A DNA stretch of 64,000 nt from an uncultured Gammaproteobacteria bacterium (GCA_964408485.1 CAYOZJ010000002.1:69235-133234), one strand, 5' to 3'. Positions 37,557 to 47,730 are shown, counted from the stretch's first letter. Notes: generated by a model not told the origin, from the sequence alone. Translations and numbers: made by a program.

Positions 37557-38300
37557 CTATTCTGATTTCTTCTTCCAATTTACGGCCTTAATAAGTGGAG
37601 CAAAAAGATCTTTATCCGGAGGATAAGTAACTGACTCTCGCTCTTCCTTTGTGGGTTTTCTTTCAACAAAAGTAATATCAGGAATATCAATAATAACAGC
37701 TAAAGGTTGTTGTTCTTTACCTTCACCCATGGTAAAGCCTGCTGCAATAGACAAGCCATCAACGAAATTTGTCTGTGTATATTTCATTTCTTTTCCAAAA
37801 ATATCTTTTGTCCCAATGTAATTTTTTATAGGCATAAATCCACACCAGCCAAGTCCAACACTTACAGAGCCATTGCGAAGGGGAAGATAGGTGCTGTCTG
37901 CAATAATTACGCCAACATGGTTTAGGCCGTACGTTTTACGCAGGAATTTCCATATTCTTTCAGCAGAGACAAAAGAATCTTTTGGAAGAAGGACATAAAC
38001 CCTATCTGCATTAGACTCATCAATGCCAGCCCAATACATAACAATATTGTCCTTGATGGTGAGTATACTTTGCCATTCTTTTGGCCAATCAGGATTACTC
38101 AGATATCTATCTGCTTCTTGATGGATTAGTTTTTCTTTATCTTCTGTAAGTGGTGCAACGCGGCCTTCTGTAATGCTGACAATCTTAGATGTAATGACAA
38201 CAATAGTGTTTTCTTGAAGTTGAGGAAGAGAGTCGTTAAGAATTTCCTCAAGCTTATCTCCTATAACGATCTTTTTTGTTTTAATTGGTGTTATTAGCAT
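37557..38300 (-). CDS. CofE-like (F420:gamma-glutamyl ligase family) protein
   Basis: VITSKIVS.TEGR, AGIDESN, VIIADS, MGEG.EQQP. Confidence 0.85.
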   Translation of the reverse strand: MLITPIKTKKIVIGDKLEEILNDSLPQLQENTIVVITSKIVSITEGRVAPLTEDKEKLIHQEADRYLSNPDWPKEWQSILTIKDNIVMYWAGIDESNADRVYVLLPKDSFVSAERIWKFLRKTYGLNHVGVIIADSTYLPLRNGSVSVGLGWCGFMPIKNYIGTKDIFGKEMKYTQTNFVDGLSIAAGFTMGEGKEQQPLAVIIDIPDITFVERKPTKEERESVTYPPDKDLFAPLIKAVNWKKKSE

Positions 38301-38307
38301 AGAAGAA

Positions 38308-38378
38308 AATTGCTCTATTGCTGAATTACTAAATTGTTCTAGAAAAACAATATAACAATTTAAGAATTTAACAATTAG
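38308..38378. repeat. Intergenic inverted octamer arrays
   Basis: aaattgct ctattgct gaattact aaattgtt facing aacaatat aacaattt aagaattt aacaatt; same family at 43996-44075 and 62383-62448. Confidence 0.75.
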
Positions 38379-38393
38379 TATAGTGAGATTGCT

Positions 38394-39059
38394 TCACTTC
38401 GTTCGCAATGACGAATCACTTTTTAACCAGCGGACGCCGAGATACACTAGTGGTGTTTCAATAATAGACATAAAGCAGCGAAGAAGCCAATAGGGAAGAG
38501 CTATGCCTGCAATAAAGGAAATATTTGCTCCAAAGGATACATTGAGGGCCCAGAATGCTAGCGTCATAAAGATTGCTGTATCAAAAAACTCAGAGACAAA
38601 ATTACTTACATTTGTCCTGAGCCAGAGGTTTTTCTTGCCTAATTTTTGCCTCATTTTCGCAAAAATAAATACGTCAGAGAATTCAGAAATCGCAAATGCA
38701 ATAAGGGATGCTGCAGAAAAACGAATGGATATACCAAAGATTGTGTTGTACGCATTATTTGTTGAAAGAAATCTGGTGCTTGGAGGAAGGGAGGTCGCTA
38801 ATATAGAGAAAAGAAGTAAGAAAAAAATCATAAAAAGACTACTTCTGACAATGCTTTGTGCGCGGGCCTTGCCATAGACCTCTACAATAATGTCATTTGC
38901 TGCGTAAATGAATGGCAAAATAAAAATAACAACAGTTGCATTAAGGTGAAATGTACCAAGAGTTGCGATAGGAAATGTTTTAGCACCCATGACTTCGGAA
39001 ATAATTACGCAGGTAATATAAAATGCTGCAAGGAGGTCAAATTTCTGGATATTTATCAT
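38394..39059 (-). CDS. Queuosine precursor transporter (YhhQ/VUT family)
   Basis: DIIVEVYG, ASLIAF.ISEF.DV, LWLRTNVSN.VSEFFDT; start inferred from TTGACA-N17-TATCAT. Confidence 0.9.
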   Translation of the reverse strand: MINIQKFDLLAAFYITCVIISEVMGAKTFPIATLGTFHLNATVVIFILPFIYAANDIIVEVYGKARAQSIVRSSLFMIFFLLLFSILATSLPPSTRFLSTNNAYNTIFGISIRFSAASLIAFAISEFSDVFIFAKMRQKLGKKNLWLRTNVSNFVSEFFDTAIFMTLAFWALNVSFGANISFIAGIALPYWLLRCFMSIIETPLVYLGVRWLKSDSSLRTK

Positions 39060-39192
39060 GATGTAGAGCATGATACGGGAAGTATATGAGGCTGTCAACA
39101 TGGTAAATTACTATACAAAGTGGGTCAGATTGATACATTGTATTTTAATAAGCGGGTCGTATAATTCAACTTGTTGAAAGGGGGTGAAAAAT

Positions 39193-39405
39193 ATGGCAAC
39201 ATCAGAAGGAGATTCATATCTTGTTTACGATCTTAAGCGAGGGGGTGAAATGGTAACTGTTTGGAGACCAACAGCTCCTAAAAACGGCCCAGGATATTCT
39301 GCGCAAGAAGCAGGTGTGCAGATTGCAGCTGCAATTCATCAAGGGAAAAGAAATGCGAGAATAGAGGTTGTTCGCCCAGCAGATACAAGACGTTTAAGGG
39401 TATAA
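39193..39405 (+). CDS. Small hypothetical protein
   Basis: ggggtg RBS-like sequence and TATAAT upstream. Confidence 0.55.
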   Translation: MATSEGDSYLVYDLKRGGEMVTVWRPTAPKNGPGYSAQEAGVQIAAAIHQGKRNARIEVVRPADTRRLRV

Positions 39406-39446
39406 GTCCAATTGTTTTGAACTAACGAACAGGTTATACTTGTTTC

Positions 39447-40727
39447 ATGCCTAGAATAGCCCTGGTTCACGATTATATTAAAGAATACGGTGGAGCGGAA
39501 AGGGTACTAGAGACTTTGCATGAAATGTATCCCAATGCACCTGTATTTACCCTAGTATATTGTCCAAAATTCTTAGGACCACATAAAGATAGATTTAAGA
39601 ATTGGGATATCCGCACATCATTTCTTCAGTCTATCCCTTTTAAAGAAAAATTTATTAGCATCTTTCGGCTTTTTGCCCCATTTATTTTTCCATTTTTCAA
39701 CTTTGCTGGGTACGATGTAATCATTGTAAGCGCAACAGGGGCATATAGTCCCAACGTAGTTGGGACAAGAGGTAAGAAGGAAGAGGTAAGAAGTAAGGAA
39801 AGTGACCATACGCCATACGCCATACGCCATACGCCGTATCACATCTGCTACTGCCACACGCCGCCCAGATATTTGTATGGATACGCAACAGCTAGAGAAC
39901 TAAAAAAGAATTCTCTTATTCGATTATTGGCAGAATGGATGAATAAATGGCTTGTGCGAGTAGACAAAAAGTCCAGTAAAAATGTGGATTTGTATATTGC
40001 CAATTCAGAAGAAGTACGAGCACGAATTAAGAAATTTTATAACAAAGATGCAATTGTTGTGTATCCACCAGTTGATGTTCCTTCAGTGTCATTCCTGCGA
40101 AGGCAGGAATCCAGGAAAGGAACTGGATCCCGGATCGGAGTCCGGGATGACAATTTTTATCTAGCAGGCGGGCGTCTTGCCAGGCCAAAGCATTTCGATT
40201 TAATCATCAAGGTAGCAAATGAATTAAAGTTGTCCCTCAAGATTTTTGGGAAAGGATTTGCAGGGTATGGAGAAGAGCTGTATGATTTGGCAAATAGACT
40301 ACAGCAAGCAGACTACAGTAAAGAAGCTGTAGTCGGTAGTCCGAAAGCTGTAAGCGTTATTACGTTTTTGGGAGAAGTAACAGATGAAGAAAAAATACAT
40401 CTTATGTCCGGTGCTAAAGCATTTATTATGAGTAGTGAAGATGAGGATTTTGGCATAACACCAGTTGAGGCAATGGGGGTTGGGACACCGGTGATTGCAT
40501 ATAAGAGTGGTGGACTTAAAGAAACAGTTATTGATGGCAAGACAGGAGTATTTTTTGACATGTTATCTGCAGAAAGTCTAATTGGGGCAATAAAGAAGTT
40601 TGAAGCCCTTCGACAAGCTCAGGGTAAAAGACTGTCTGAGAATTGTATTGCGCAAGCGCAAAAATTTAGCAAAGAGAACTTTGAAAAAGGAATTCGTTCT
40701 GTCATCTCTAAAATCTTGTCATCCTGA
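39447..40727 (+). CDS. GT4 family glycosyltransferase with several repeat-derived inserts
   Basis: IALVHDY..EYGGAERVL, YCHTPPRYLY, VVYPPV, EDFGITPVEAM. Confidence 0.92.
   Translation: MPRIALVHDYIKEYGGAERVLETLHEMYPNAPVFTLVYCPKFLGPHKDRFKNWDIRTSFLQSIPFKEKFISIFRLFAPFIFPFFNFAGYDVIIVSATGAYSPNVVGTRGKKEEVRSKESDHTPYAIRHTPYHICYCHTPPRYLYGYATARELKKNSLIRLLAEWMNKWLVRVDKKSSKNVDLYIANSEEVRARIKKFYNKDAIVVYPPVDVPSVSFLRRQESRKGTGSRIGVRDDNFYLAGGRLARPKHFDLIIKVANELKLSLKIFGKGFAGYGEELYDLANRLQQADYSKEAVVGSPKAVSVITFLGEVTDEEKIHLMSGAKAFIMSSEDEDFGITPVEAMGVGTPVIAYKSGGLKETVIDGKTGVFFDMLSAESLIGAIKKFEALRQAQGKRLSENCIAQAQKFSKENFEKGIRSVISKILSS
40088..40151. repeat. In-frame GTCAT...ATGAC palindromic element
   Basis: gtcattcctgcgaaggcaggaatccag...ctggatcccggatcggagtccgggatgac; right half identical to 57778-57807. 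Confidence 0.9.
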
Positions 40728-40801
40728 GCTTGCGAAGGATATATTCTTCACTTTGTTTAGAATGACAAAGGAAAAAGATTTCTCACTTCGTTCGAAATGA
40801 C
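40718..40801. repeat. Palindromic elements supplying the GT4 stop codon
   Basis: gtcatccTGAgcttgcgaagga...agaatgac plus agatttctcacttcgttcgaaatgac. Confidence 0.8.
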
Positions 40802-40942
40802 ACTCTTCTTACTTATTTCTAACCTCCTCTTACACAATATTAATTGTAATTTCATTTAAGAGTTCTATCCTGTCAGGAAGCTGTTGGGGAATCGTTGGCC
40901 ATAGGTCAAGTTAAAGATTCTCTGCAGGAATATAATTAGCTT

Positions 40943-41143
40943 ATGGCAGAAGATTTATTTTTCACCCCAGACATGGTATTTGATCCTAAAGCACTCGACA
41001 TACTTCTTCCTCCTCAGCCTTATACTGCTGAGTCTTCCCCAATTGTAAAAGTACAAAACGTAGCGCCTATTGGGCAGGAAAAACAAAGAAGAAAACCTCG
41101 CGAAAGATCCAAGCCAGCGAAGCGCCTGCGAATGGCAACCTAA
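40943..41143 (+). CDS. Small hypothetical protein
   Basis: TATAAT 6 nt before ATG. Confidence 0.5.
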   Translation: MAEDLFFTPDMVFDPKALDILLPPQPYTAESSPIVKVQNVAPIGQEKQRRKPRERSKPAKRLRMAT

Positions 41144-41328
41144 GGCTGACAAAAAACTGACAAAATAGTTTAAAAATAGATAAATTTAGCCTCAGAAGTC
41201 CTCTTGACATCCCGTAGTAAAGGGAGTACTATTTCTTCTATTGTTATTGTTTTGGACGATAAAGTTGAAGCAAGGTACTGCCTACTCCTAATTTCTTCGT
41301 CAAAACTCTGAGGAGGTGAATTTATTTT

Positions 41329-41514
41329 ATGTCAGAAAGAAAAGATGGATATGACTACGGAGCAGATAGCGGAGATGATAATCTTGCTCGTGTACAAAGA
41401 CAGGTAGAAGAGGGCAGACGCCCAGTTATATTAAGAAGTCCACGAGATGGAAGTGTAACTGTAGTAACAAGAGTTATTCACGATTTACCAGGTCAGTCAA
41501 AGAAAAAAATCTAG
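41329..41514 (+). CDS. Small hypothetical protein
   Basis: TTGACA-N17-TACTAT promoter, ggaggtga RBS, downstream terminator. Confidence 0.6.
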   Translation: MSERKDGYDYGADSGDDNLARVQRQVEEGRRPVILRSPRDGSVTVVTRVIHDLPGQSKKKI

Positions 41515-41537
41515 TTAAAACCTGAAGAATTTTATCT

Positions 41538-41572
41538 TACAACCTCTGATTGAACTCAGAGGTTGTATTTTT
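41538..41572 (+). terminator. Intrinsic terminator
   Basis: tacaacctctga/tcagaggttgta 12-bp stem plus T5. Confidence 0.8.
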
Positions 41573-41644
41573 ATGTCTCTTCTTGCTATCTTACTCATTC
41601 TTTGCTATTATTTTCAATTGGAACTAGTAAAATAGTTTCACTGT

Positions 41645-42349
41645 ATGGGATCGAATTATTTAGATAAAATAGTCATATCTATTGGTGGATCCCTTATCGT
41701 TCCTAATGGAGGAATTGATACACAATTTTTGAAGCAACTTAATGACTTCATAAGACAGCAACTGGCAAGTCACCCCGACCGCCAGTTTTTTTTGGTAATA
41801 GGGGGTGGAGGGACAGCCAGACAGTATCGTGATGCAGGAAAAGATTCAGTAAAGAATATTACTGAAGAAGATTTGGACTGGCTTGGTATCCATGCGACTC
41901 GCCTTAATGCTCATTTAGTCCGTACTCTTTTTGCAGATATAGCCCACCCAACCATTATTGAGCATTATGATGTCATACGAAAAGTGGAAGAGCCAGTCGT
42001 TGTTGCGTCAGGTTGGAAGCCTGGTTGGTCAACTGACTTTGATTCAGTCCTTCTCTGCGAAGACTACAGCGTAAAAACAGTCCTCAACCTCTCCAACATC
42101 AAACAAGTTTACACAGCAGATCCTAAAAAAGACCCAAATGCCAAACCAATTGACCATATTTCCTGGGCAGATTACAGGAAAATGGTTGGAGACGTGTGGA
42201 CACCTGGGCTTAATGCGCCATTTGATCCTATTGCTTCAAGAAAAGCAGAAGAACTTGGAGTAAAAACAGTTGTTATGGATGGATTAGACTTTGCAAATAT
42301 AGAAAAGTATTTTGATGGAAAACCCTTTTTAGGGACAGTGATTGAGTGA
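41645..42349 (+). CDS. pyrH: UMP kinase (archaeal-type)
   Basis: ISIGGSLI, VIGGGGTARQY, DWLGIHATRLNA, PGWSTD, PFDPIA. Confidence 0.93.
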   Translation: MGSNYLDKIVISIGGSLIVPNGGIDTQFLKQLNDFIRQQLASHPDRQFFLVIGGGGTARQYRDAGKDSVKNITEEDLDWLGIHATRLNAHLVRTLFADIAHPTIIEHYDVIRKVEEPVVVASGWKPGWSTDFDSVLLCEDYSVKTVLNLSNIKQVYTADPKKDPNAKPIDHISWADYRKMVGDVWTPGLNAPFDPIASRKAEELGVKTVVMDGLDFANIEKYFDGKPFLGTVIE

Positions 42350-42362
42350 GCTACAGGCTCAC

Positions 42363-42430
42363 AATTCTTCGAGTGAGGCTAAAGCCGAATCGAGAAGTTC
42401 TCGACTTCGCTAGCGCTACGCTCGAACAAT
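42363..42430. repeat. Intergenic palindromic element
   Basis: ttcgagtgagg..gaatcgagaagttctcgacttcgct..cgctcgaacaat; related copy at 58824-58863. Confidence 0.65.
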
Positions 42431-42512
42431 AATAGTCTACTTCCTCTTGCATTTTTGATTTTTCGTACTATAATTGCTTTTTGTTGAGTCGGAATCAGCA
42501 GAAAGAAGAATT

Positions 42513-42764
42513 ATGCCATTTCTAACAAAATCGCACTGTGAATATTTAAGAGAAGATTTAAAAAATGAACAGAACGTTTATGATTCTTGTGCCAACAATG
42601 ATGGAGTTCGCTGGGTACAAGGGAGCTATAAAGATGAAATATCGGGTTGTCAAAGAAGAATACTTGAAAATAATATTATCCCCCTCATAGGAGGACTTAA
42701 TACAAATGGCTGTAATTATGATTTACGAAGAAGTGTGCAAAAAGGCCTTGAAAAGCTTAAATGA
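42513..42764 (+). CDS. Small Cys-containing hypothetical protein
   Basis: ORF between pyrH and recF. Confidence 0.5.
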   Translation: MPFLTKSHCEYLREDLKNEQNVYDSCANNDGVRWVQGSYKDEISGCQRRILENNIIPLIGGLNTNGCNYDLRRSVQKGLEKLK

Positions 42765-42776
42765 TATAATCACTCC

Positions 42777-43997
42777 ATGATCCTCAGGTCAATTCTTCTT
42801 CAGCATTTTCGCAATTATACCCAGGAAAAGTTTGATTTTTCAGAAACTCTCACTCTTATTATTGGAGTAAATACTGCCGGTAAAACCAATCTTTCTGAGG
42901 CAATATATTTACTTGCAACAGGGAAGAGTTTTAAGGCAGGTAATGATACATTTATGATTGCTTTTGGACAAGAGATTGCAAGGGTGGGAGGATTGCTGGA
43001 AGATGTCATCCCCGACCAGATCGGGGATCCAGGAAAAGAACTGGATTCCCGCTTTCGCGGGAATGACAGTAAAAAAAAGGATGACGGTTTGGACAAGACT
43101 AAAATAGAAGTAGTTATCGCCAGTCCTCAGGCAACTGGAGGGAGATTTAGCAAGAAATTTCTTATAAATGGTGTTGGAAAATCGCGGAATAGTTTGCGAG
43201 GTATGCTCCCAATTGTCCTTTTCCGGCCTGAAGAATTGGACATTATTATTGATGGACCAAGTCTCAGGCGCGCATTTCTTAATGAAGTACTTGAGCAGGC
43301 AGATAAAGAATATGCCCAAGCATTATCTGTCTTCGAACGGTCTCTTAGGCAGCGCAATGCGCTTCTTCGTATAGCTCAGGAGACTGGAAAACGAAATAGT
43401 GAGCAATTTGATTATTGGGACGAGCTTCTTATTGAGAGTGGGCAGACAATTACACAAAAGCGTGAAGAATTTTTGGTATTTATCAATTCATCCACTCATG
43501 ATATTTTTCCTTTACAGACTTTTTTCGATAAGAGTATTATTTCTCGCGAACGGTTAGATGGATATGAGATGGCAGAAGTCGGGGCAGGGGTGACCCTTGT
43601 AGGGCCTCACAGAGATGATTTCTTTGTGAACATGGAATATCCTGGTTTTAATCCCAACCCTCATCCCAGCTCGCCGAGGCAAGCTGACCTTCTCCCAAAA
43701 GGAGAAGGAGAACAAGGTGATATCCACTACGTGGATATACGATTTTTCGGTTCGAGGGGGCAGCAGAGACTTGCAGTGCTCCAGTTAAAAATGCTCCAAA
43801 TACAGTATTTGGAAAAGAAACTAGGAGTATTGCCACTTCTTATCTTGGATGATATTTTTTCTGAATTAGATAGTAACCATATTCAGCTTGTTTTGGATAA
43901 CGTGAAAGGATGCCAAATCATTCTAACCACAACGCATAGGGAGTTTATTCCACAAAAGGTATTACGTGAGGCTAGTGTGGTAGAATTAGAGCGATAA
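42777..43997 (+). CDS. recF: DNA replication/repair protein RecF with two palindromic inserts
   Basis: FRNY, GVNTAGKTN, QRNALL, GPHRDD, GSRGQQR, LDDIFSELD. Confidence 0.94.
   Translation: MILRSILLQHFRNYTQEKFDFSETLTLIIGVNTAGKTNLSEAIYLLATGKSFKAGNDTFMIAFGQEIARVGGLLEDVIPDQIGDPGKELDSRFRGNDSKKKDDGLDKTKIEVVIASPQATGGRFSKKFLINGVGKSRNSLRGMLPIVLFRPEELDIIIDGPSLRRAFLNEVLEQADKEYAQALSVFERSLRQRNALLRIAQETGKRNSEQFDYWDELLIESGQTITQKREEFLVFINSSTHDIFPLQTFFDKSIISRERLDGYEMAEVGAGVTLVGPHRDDFFVNMEYPGFNPNPHPSSPRQADLLPKGEGEQGDIHYVDIRFFGSRGQQRLAVLQLKMLQIQYLEKKLGVLPLLILDDIFSELDSNHIQLVLDNVKGCQIILTTTHREFIPQKVLREASVVELER
43005..43067. repeat. In-frame 63-bp GTCAT...ATGAC palindromic element in recF
   Basis: gtcatccccgaccagatcggggatccag...ctggattcccgctttcgcgggaatgac encoding VIPDQIGDPGKELDSRFRGND. 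Confidence 0.9.
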
Positions 43998-44093
43998 TTG
44001 TTATATTGTTATCGCTCGCAATGCTCGCTTATTGTTACATGGTTAACAATTTAGCCATATAGCAATTTAGCAATTTTTTAACGCAGTTAGTCT

Positions 44094-44972
44094 ATGCAAC
44101 AATTTGACATAAAACAACTGAAACAGCTTTACATTCCACCAGCTGGATCTCATAAAGGGGACAATGGAAAGGTTATGGTTATTGGCGGAAGTCAGCTTTT
44201 TCATGCTGCATCACTTTGGTCTTTGGAAATTGCATCAAAAATTGTAGATATGGTTTTTTACTCATCAGTTGATGCAAACAATGCACTCGTTGAAAAAGAA
44301 AAGGAAGCATTTAGAAATGGGATTATTGTTCCAAGAAATAAAATTGAAGATTACATTGCAGAGGCAGATAGCGTACTTATTGGGCCAGGATTACCAAGAG
44401 AGAATGGCTACGAGGCAGGCGATGACGATACAAAAATTCTCACCGAAAAACTTCTTAAAAAATATCCCAATAAGCGATGGGTAATTGATGGTGGTAGTTT
44501 GCAGGTGATTAACCCTGACCTTATTCCACAAAATGCTATTCTTACGCCACATCATCAAGAATTTGAAAGACTGTTTGGAAAGCGTCAAGCGTCAAGCGTC
44601 AAGCGTAAAGGAGAGAAAGAGATTGCCGCGGTCGCTAAAGACTCCCTCGCAATGACGGTTGGGGAGATGGCAAAGAAATATCACTGTATTGTTTTACTGA
44701 AAGGTCCAGAAGATGTTGTTTGTTCGGAAAATGAATGTGTAAGAGTTCCGGGAGGTAATGCAGGTATGACAAAAGGTGGAACAGGAGATGTGCTTGCAGG
44801 GCTTACAGCAGCTTTATATTCCCAAAACGCTGACGCATTCTTAGTAGCAACTTCTGCAAGCTATATCAATAAAAAAACAGGTGAGTCTCTTTTTGAAAAA
44901 CAAGGCTATTACTTTAACTCAAGTGATTTAGTGAAGGAAATCCCAGGAGTCATGAAAGAATTACTGCTCTAA
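44094..44972 (+). CDS. nnrD: ADP/ATP-dependent NAD(P)H-hydrate dehydratase
   Basis: SHKGDNGKVMVIGGS, LIGPGL, ILTPH..EF, LLKG, GGTGDVLAG. Confidence 0.9.
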   Translation: MQQFDIKQLKQLYIPPAGSHKGDNGKVMVIGGSQLFHAASLWSLEIASKIVDMVFYSSVDANNALVEKEKEAFRNGIIVPRNKIEDYIAEADSVLIGPGLPRENGYEAGDDDTKILTEKLLKKYPNKRWVIDGGSLQVINPDLIPQNAILTPHHQEFERLFGKRQASSVKRKGEKEIAAVAKDSLAMTVGEMAKKYHCIVLLKGPEDVVCSENECVRVPGGNAGMTKGGTGDVLAGLTAALYSQNADAFLVATSASYINKKTGESLFEKQGYYFNSSDLVKEIPGVMKELLL

Positions 44973-45245
44973 TTTTTCTTTTATTTTGCTTAAATTTATT
45001 GTTATAAGTACTGCAAGAATCGTAATAATCACTGCGTAGATAAGAAGAGAGAAGATGCCGTAGTTTGCGGGGAAGAATTTTTTAATGTAGTCATTCACAA
45101 CGCTTTGAATAACGTTATTCCATGCGAGTGCAGCAACTAATCCAAATCCGCTTGTTGCAAGGGTGATCATTTGCGTAACAATAGCAATTTGCAATTCCTT
45201 TTTTTGTGACTTTGTTGGGATTGGTTTGTCCGATTTTTCAGCCAT
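44961..45245 (-). CDS. Small membrane protein, DUF5654-like
   Basis: LATSGFGLVAALAWNNVIQ, YAVIIT. Confidence 0.75.
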   Translation of the reverse strand: MAEKSDKPIPTKSQKKELQIAIVTQMITLATSGFGLVAALAWNNVIQSVVNDYIKKFFPANYGIFSLLIYAVIITILAVLITINLSKIKEKLEQ

Positions 45246-45279
45246 GCTATAATTGTACCATAACAAATTATTTGTTTAT

Positions 45280-45338
45280 TTCGAGTTAATGCGTTAACGG
45301 GTTAGATTTCTTAACTCGTGAACTCGTTAGCCCGTTAA
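45280..45338. repeat. Inverted octamer arrays matching the flanks of the four-helix-bundle gene ('empty' copy)
   Basis: cgag ttaatgcg ttaacggg tta / taactcgtg aactcgtt agcccgtt aa, separated by only about 7 nt. Confidence 0.8.
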
Positions 45339-45354
45339 TATTTTAATAAAAATT

Positions 45355-46407
45355 ATGTATACCCCAACCTACACAATAAGCAATACAATCCTTCGTAATA
45401 TTGGTCTTATTGAGGCTGCAAAACAGGTAATTGATAGCGCTCCACTTCTTCCGTACTATGAAAAGAAATTTCGCGACGATGCTATGGTAAGAGCTGTCCA
45501 TTATGGCACGCATATTGAAGGAAACGAACTGTCACTCAATCAGGCAGAAAAAGTTTTGTCTGGTCAGATTGTTGACGCACGCGACCGAGATATTCAAGAG
45601 GTCTTAAATTATCGAAAGGTTATGGAGATGATCGGTTCATCGGAAATCGGGAATCGGGAATCGGGAATTGACGAAGAACTTATTTTTAAACTCCATAAGC
45701 TTACAGTCACTAAAGTTTTACCCGAAGAGCAGTCTGGTAATTATCGAAAAACAAAGGTAGTTATTCGCAATAGCCGCAGTGCAGAAGTAGTATTTACGCC
45801 GCCTTCTCCTGAGGAAGTAGCTGGACAAATGAGTGATTTTATTGCATTTATACAAACTCAGTCAGGTCAAGATATTCATCCAATATTGAAATCTGGAATT
45901 GTTCATTATGAATTCGTGAGAATTCATCCGTTTGTCGATGGAAATGGTCGGGTAGCACGGGCACTCTCGACTCTTATTCTTTTTTTGGAAGGGTATGACA
46001 TTCGACAGTTTTTCTCTTTGGAAGAATACTTTGATAAAGATGCTCTCAGCTATTACGAGGCACTGCAAAGTGTTGGGAAAAATAATGGAGACGTGACAAA
46101 TTGGCTTGAGTATTTTACTCATGGTCTTGCCTATGAGTTGGGAAGAATCCGGGAAAGAGTAGAGCATGTATCTGTAGATAATAGGCTTAAGCAGCGACTT
46201 GGTGGCAAGCCAATGATGCTGACAGACAGGCAGTTGAGGATTGTTGAATATATTCAAGAAACAGGTTTTCTGCAAAATCAAGCATTTAAAGAATTATTTC
46301 CAATGATTTCTGAAGACGCAGTGCTTTTGGATTTAAAAGAACTAGTTAAAGCTGGTCTTATTAAGAAATCAGGTGTCACTAAGGGCGCAAGGTATGTGAT
46401 GAGCTAA
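45355..46407 (+). CDS. Fic family protein with C-terminal HTH
   Basis: HIEGN, HPFVDGNGRVAR. Confidence 0.92.
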   Translation: MYTPTYTISNTILRNIGLIEAAKQVIDSAPLLPYYEKKFRDDAMVRAVHYGTHIEGNELSLNQAEKVLSGQIVDARDRDIQEVLNYRKVMEMIGSSEIGNRESGIDEELIFKLHKLTVTKVLPEEQSGNYRKTKVVIRNSRSAEVVFTPPSPEEVAGQMSDFIAFIQTQSGQDIHPILKSGIVHYEFVRIHPFVDGNGRVARALSTLILFLEGYDIRQFFSLEEYFDKDALSYYEALQSVGKNNGDVTNWLEYFTHGLAYELGRIRERVEHVSVDNRLKQRLGGKPMMLTDRQLRIVEYIQETGFLQNQAFKELFPMISEDAVLLDLKELVKAGLIKKSGVTKGARYVMS

Positions 46408-46450
46408 ATAATATTTGAGTTTTTAGCATTTTAGGTATAAACTTTTCGTT

Positions 46451-47302
46451 ATGACAAATGGACCAGTACCCGAAGCAAATAGAGGAAAAGAGGCTGCAAG
46501 AAGCTCAACAAGAATTCATTTTGGTTTCCAAGGAGAGCAGACTCCATTTGCAGATCCTCGAATAAATGCACATCAATTAAGAATACTTGGTAATGGAGTA
46601 ACAGGATTCATGAATAAATGTGTCCAAGATGGGATTACAACTGCAGTCTTTTTTGACACAAAGTCCCGTCCAGCTGCCCTTATTTTTAGAGATGTCTGGA
46701 GAAAGACATTGGGAAAACAAGGAATTCCCATGCCAAAAATACGCTTTGTTAATAATGGGAGAAGGGAAATGGATCCTGATGGAGATGCAGCAAATGCTGC
46801 AAGAGTAAAAGAAGCTCCACAAGTACTACCTAAGCGATTTGGAACATTAGCAGACGAACGTGTTTGCCTTGTCGATGACACTTCTGTTTCAGGACAAACA
46901 ATGCGAAATGGTAAGGCAGCATTTGATGCGGCATTTCCTCAAGCTGAGCAGATTTCGCAGCACATCCTCTTTACAGGACTGCCATTTTGGGATTCTAATG
47001 GAACAAATGATCCTGACTCTCTTGGAGTTGGAAGACTATTTCATGCCTCTTATGAAGAGGGCAAACCAAGCGTGAGTGATTGGACAGCAGCATCCTTTCT
47101 TAAACGTCTTGATCAGGCTCGGAAGAACACAATACCAGAAGATACATATGTTGAAGGAGACCCAACAGGTCCCATTAGTGCTCAGCAACATCGTGAGCTT
47201 CGTGCGGCAACTCTACAGCGTATGAGAGCGCTGAGAAGTCAGTTGCACGATGTATCAGATGTAATTGTTGCAAATTCTCAAATAATTACACCCCATAAGT
47301 GA
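46451..47302 (+). CDS. Hypothetical protein with PRTase-like motif
   Basis: VCLVDDTSVSGQTM PRPP-binding-like loop. Confidence 0.6.
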   Translation: MTNGPVPEANRGKEAARSSTRIHFGFQGEQTPFADPRINAHQLRILGNGVTGFMNKCVQDGITTAVFFDTKSRPAALIFRDVWRKTLGKQGIPMPKIRFVNNGRREMDPDGDAANAARVKEAPQVLPKRFGTLADERVCLVDDTSVSGQTMRNGKAAFDAAFPQAEQISQHILFTGLPFWDSNGTNDPDSLGVGRLFHASYEEGKPSVSDWTAASFLKRLDQARKNTIPEDTYVEGDPTGPISAQQHRELRAATLQRMRALRSQLHDVSDVIVANSQIITPHK

Positions 47303-47424
47303 GTGTGCTCTAATGAAAAGACACAGCAAATGTGCTAGGATTGGTCTATGACTTTTACTCATTTAGCTTCATTTCTTCATGTAATTAATAGACAAAAATG
47401 GGACAGTAAGGTATACTATAAGTT

Positions 47425-47703
47425 ATGAATACAGATAGATGTAGTTATGGAGGTAGAGCATGCGGACGTGATGGAATTCGTTGTGTTCTTCGCGAAGGAG
47501 TGAAGAGCCAAGGGAAAATGGGGGCTCCAGATGCAAACGACCCAACAGTTGGGGGGCCAAACTGGCCTTCAGAAACATGGGATACCTATACCCGTGATGT
47601 TCAGCAACAGGCAGATACGAGAGGGTGTCGAAAACCAGATGGCGTAAGACGAACAATACAAAGAGTTACGAGTGCAAAAAAGAAGCGAGGAGAGTTTAAA
47701 TAG
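47425..47703 (+). CDS. Small hypothetical protein
   Basis: TAGACA-N17-TATACT, 7 nt before ATG. Confidence 0.55.
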   Translation: MNTDRCSYGGRACGRDGIRCVLREGVKSQGKMGAPDANDPTVGGPNWPSETWDTYTRDVQQQADTRGCRKPDGVRRTIQRVTSAKKKRGEFK

Positions 47704-47730
47704 AATTTCTTTTCATGATATACTCGTGTT

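Noticed and set aside
40860-41320. Possible structured RNAs (tcctgtcagg..ctgcagga; gttttggacga..tcgtcaaaac)
   Set aside because: Single imperfect stems with no second copy or recognisable motif.
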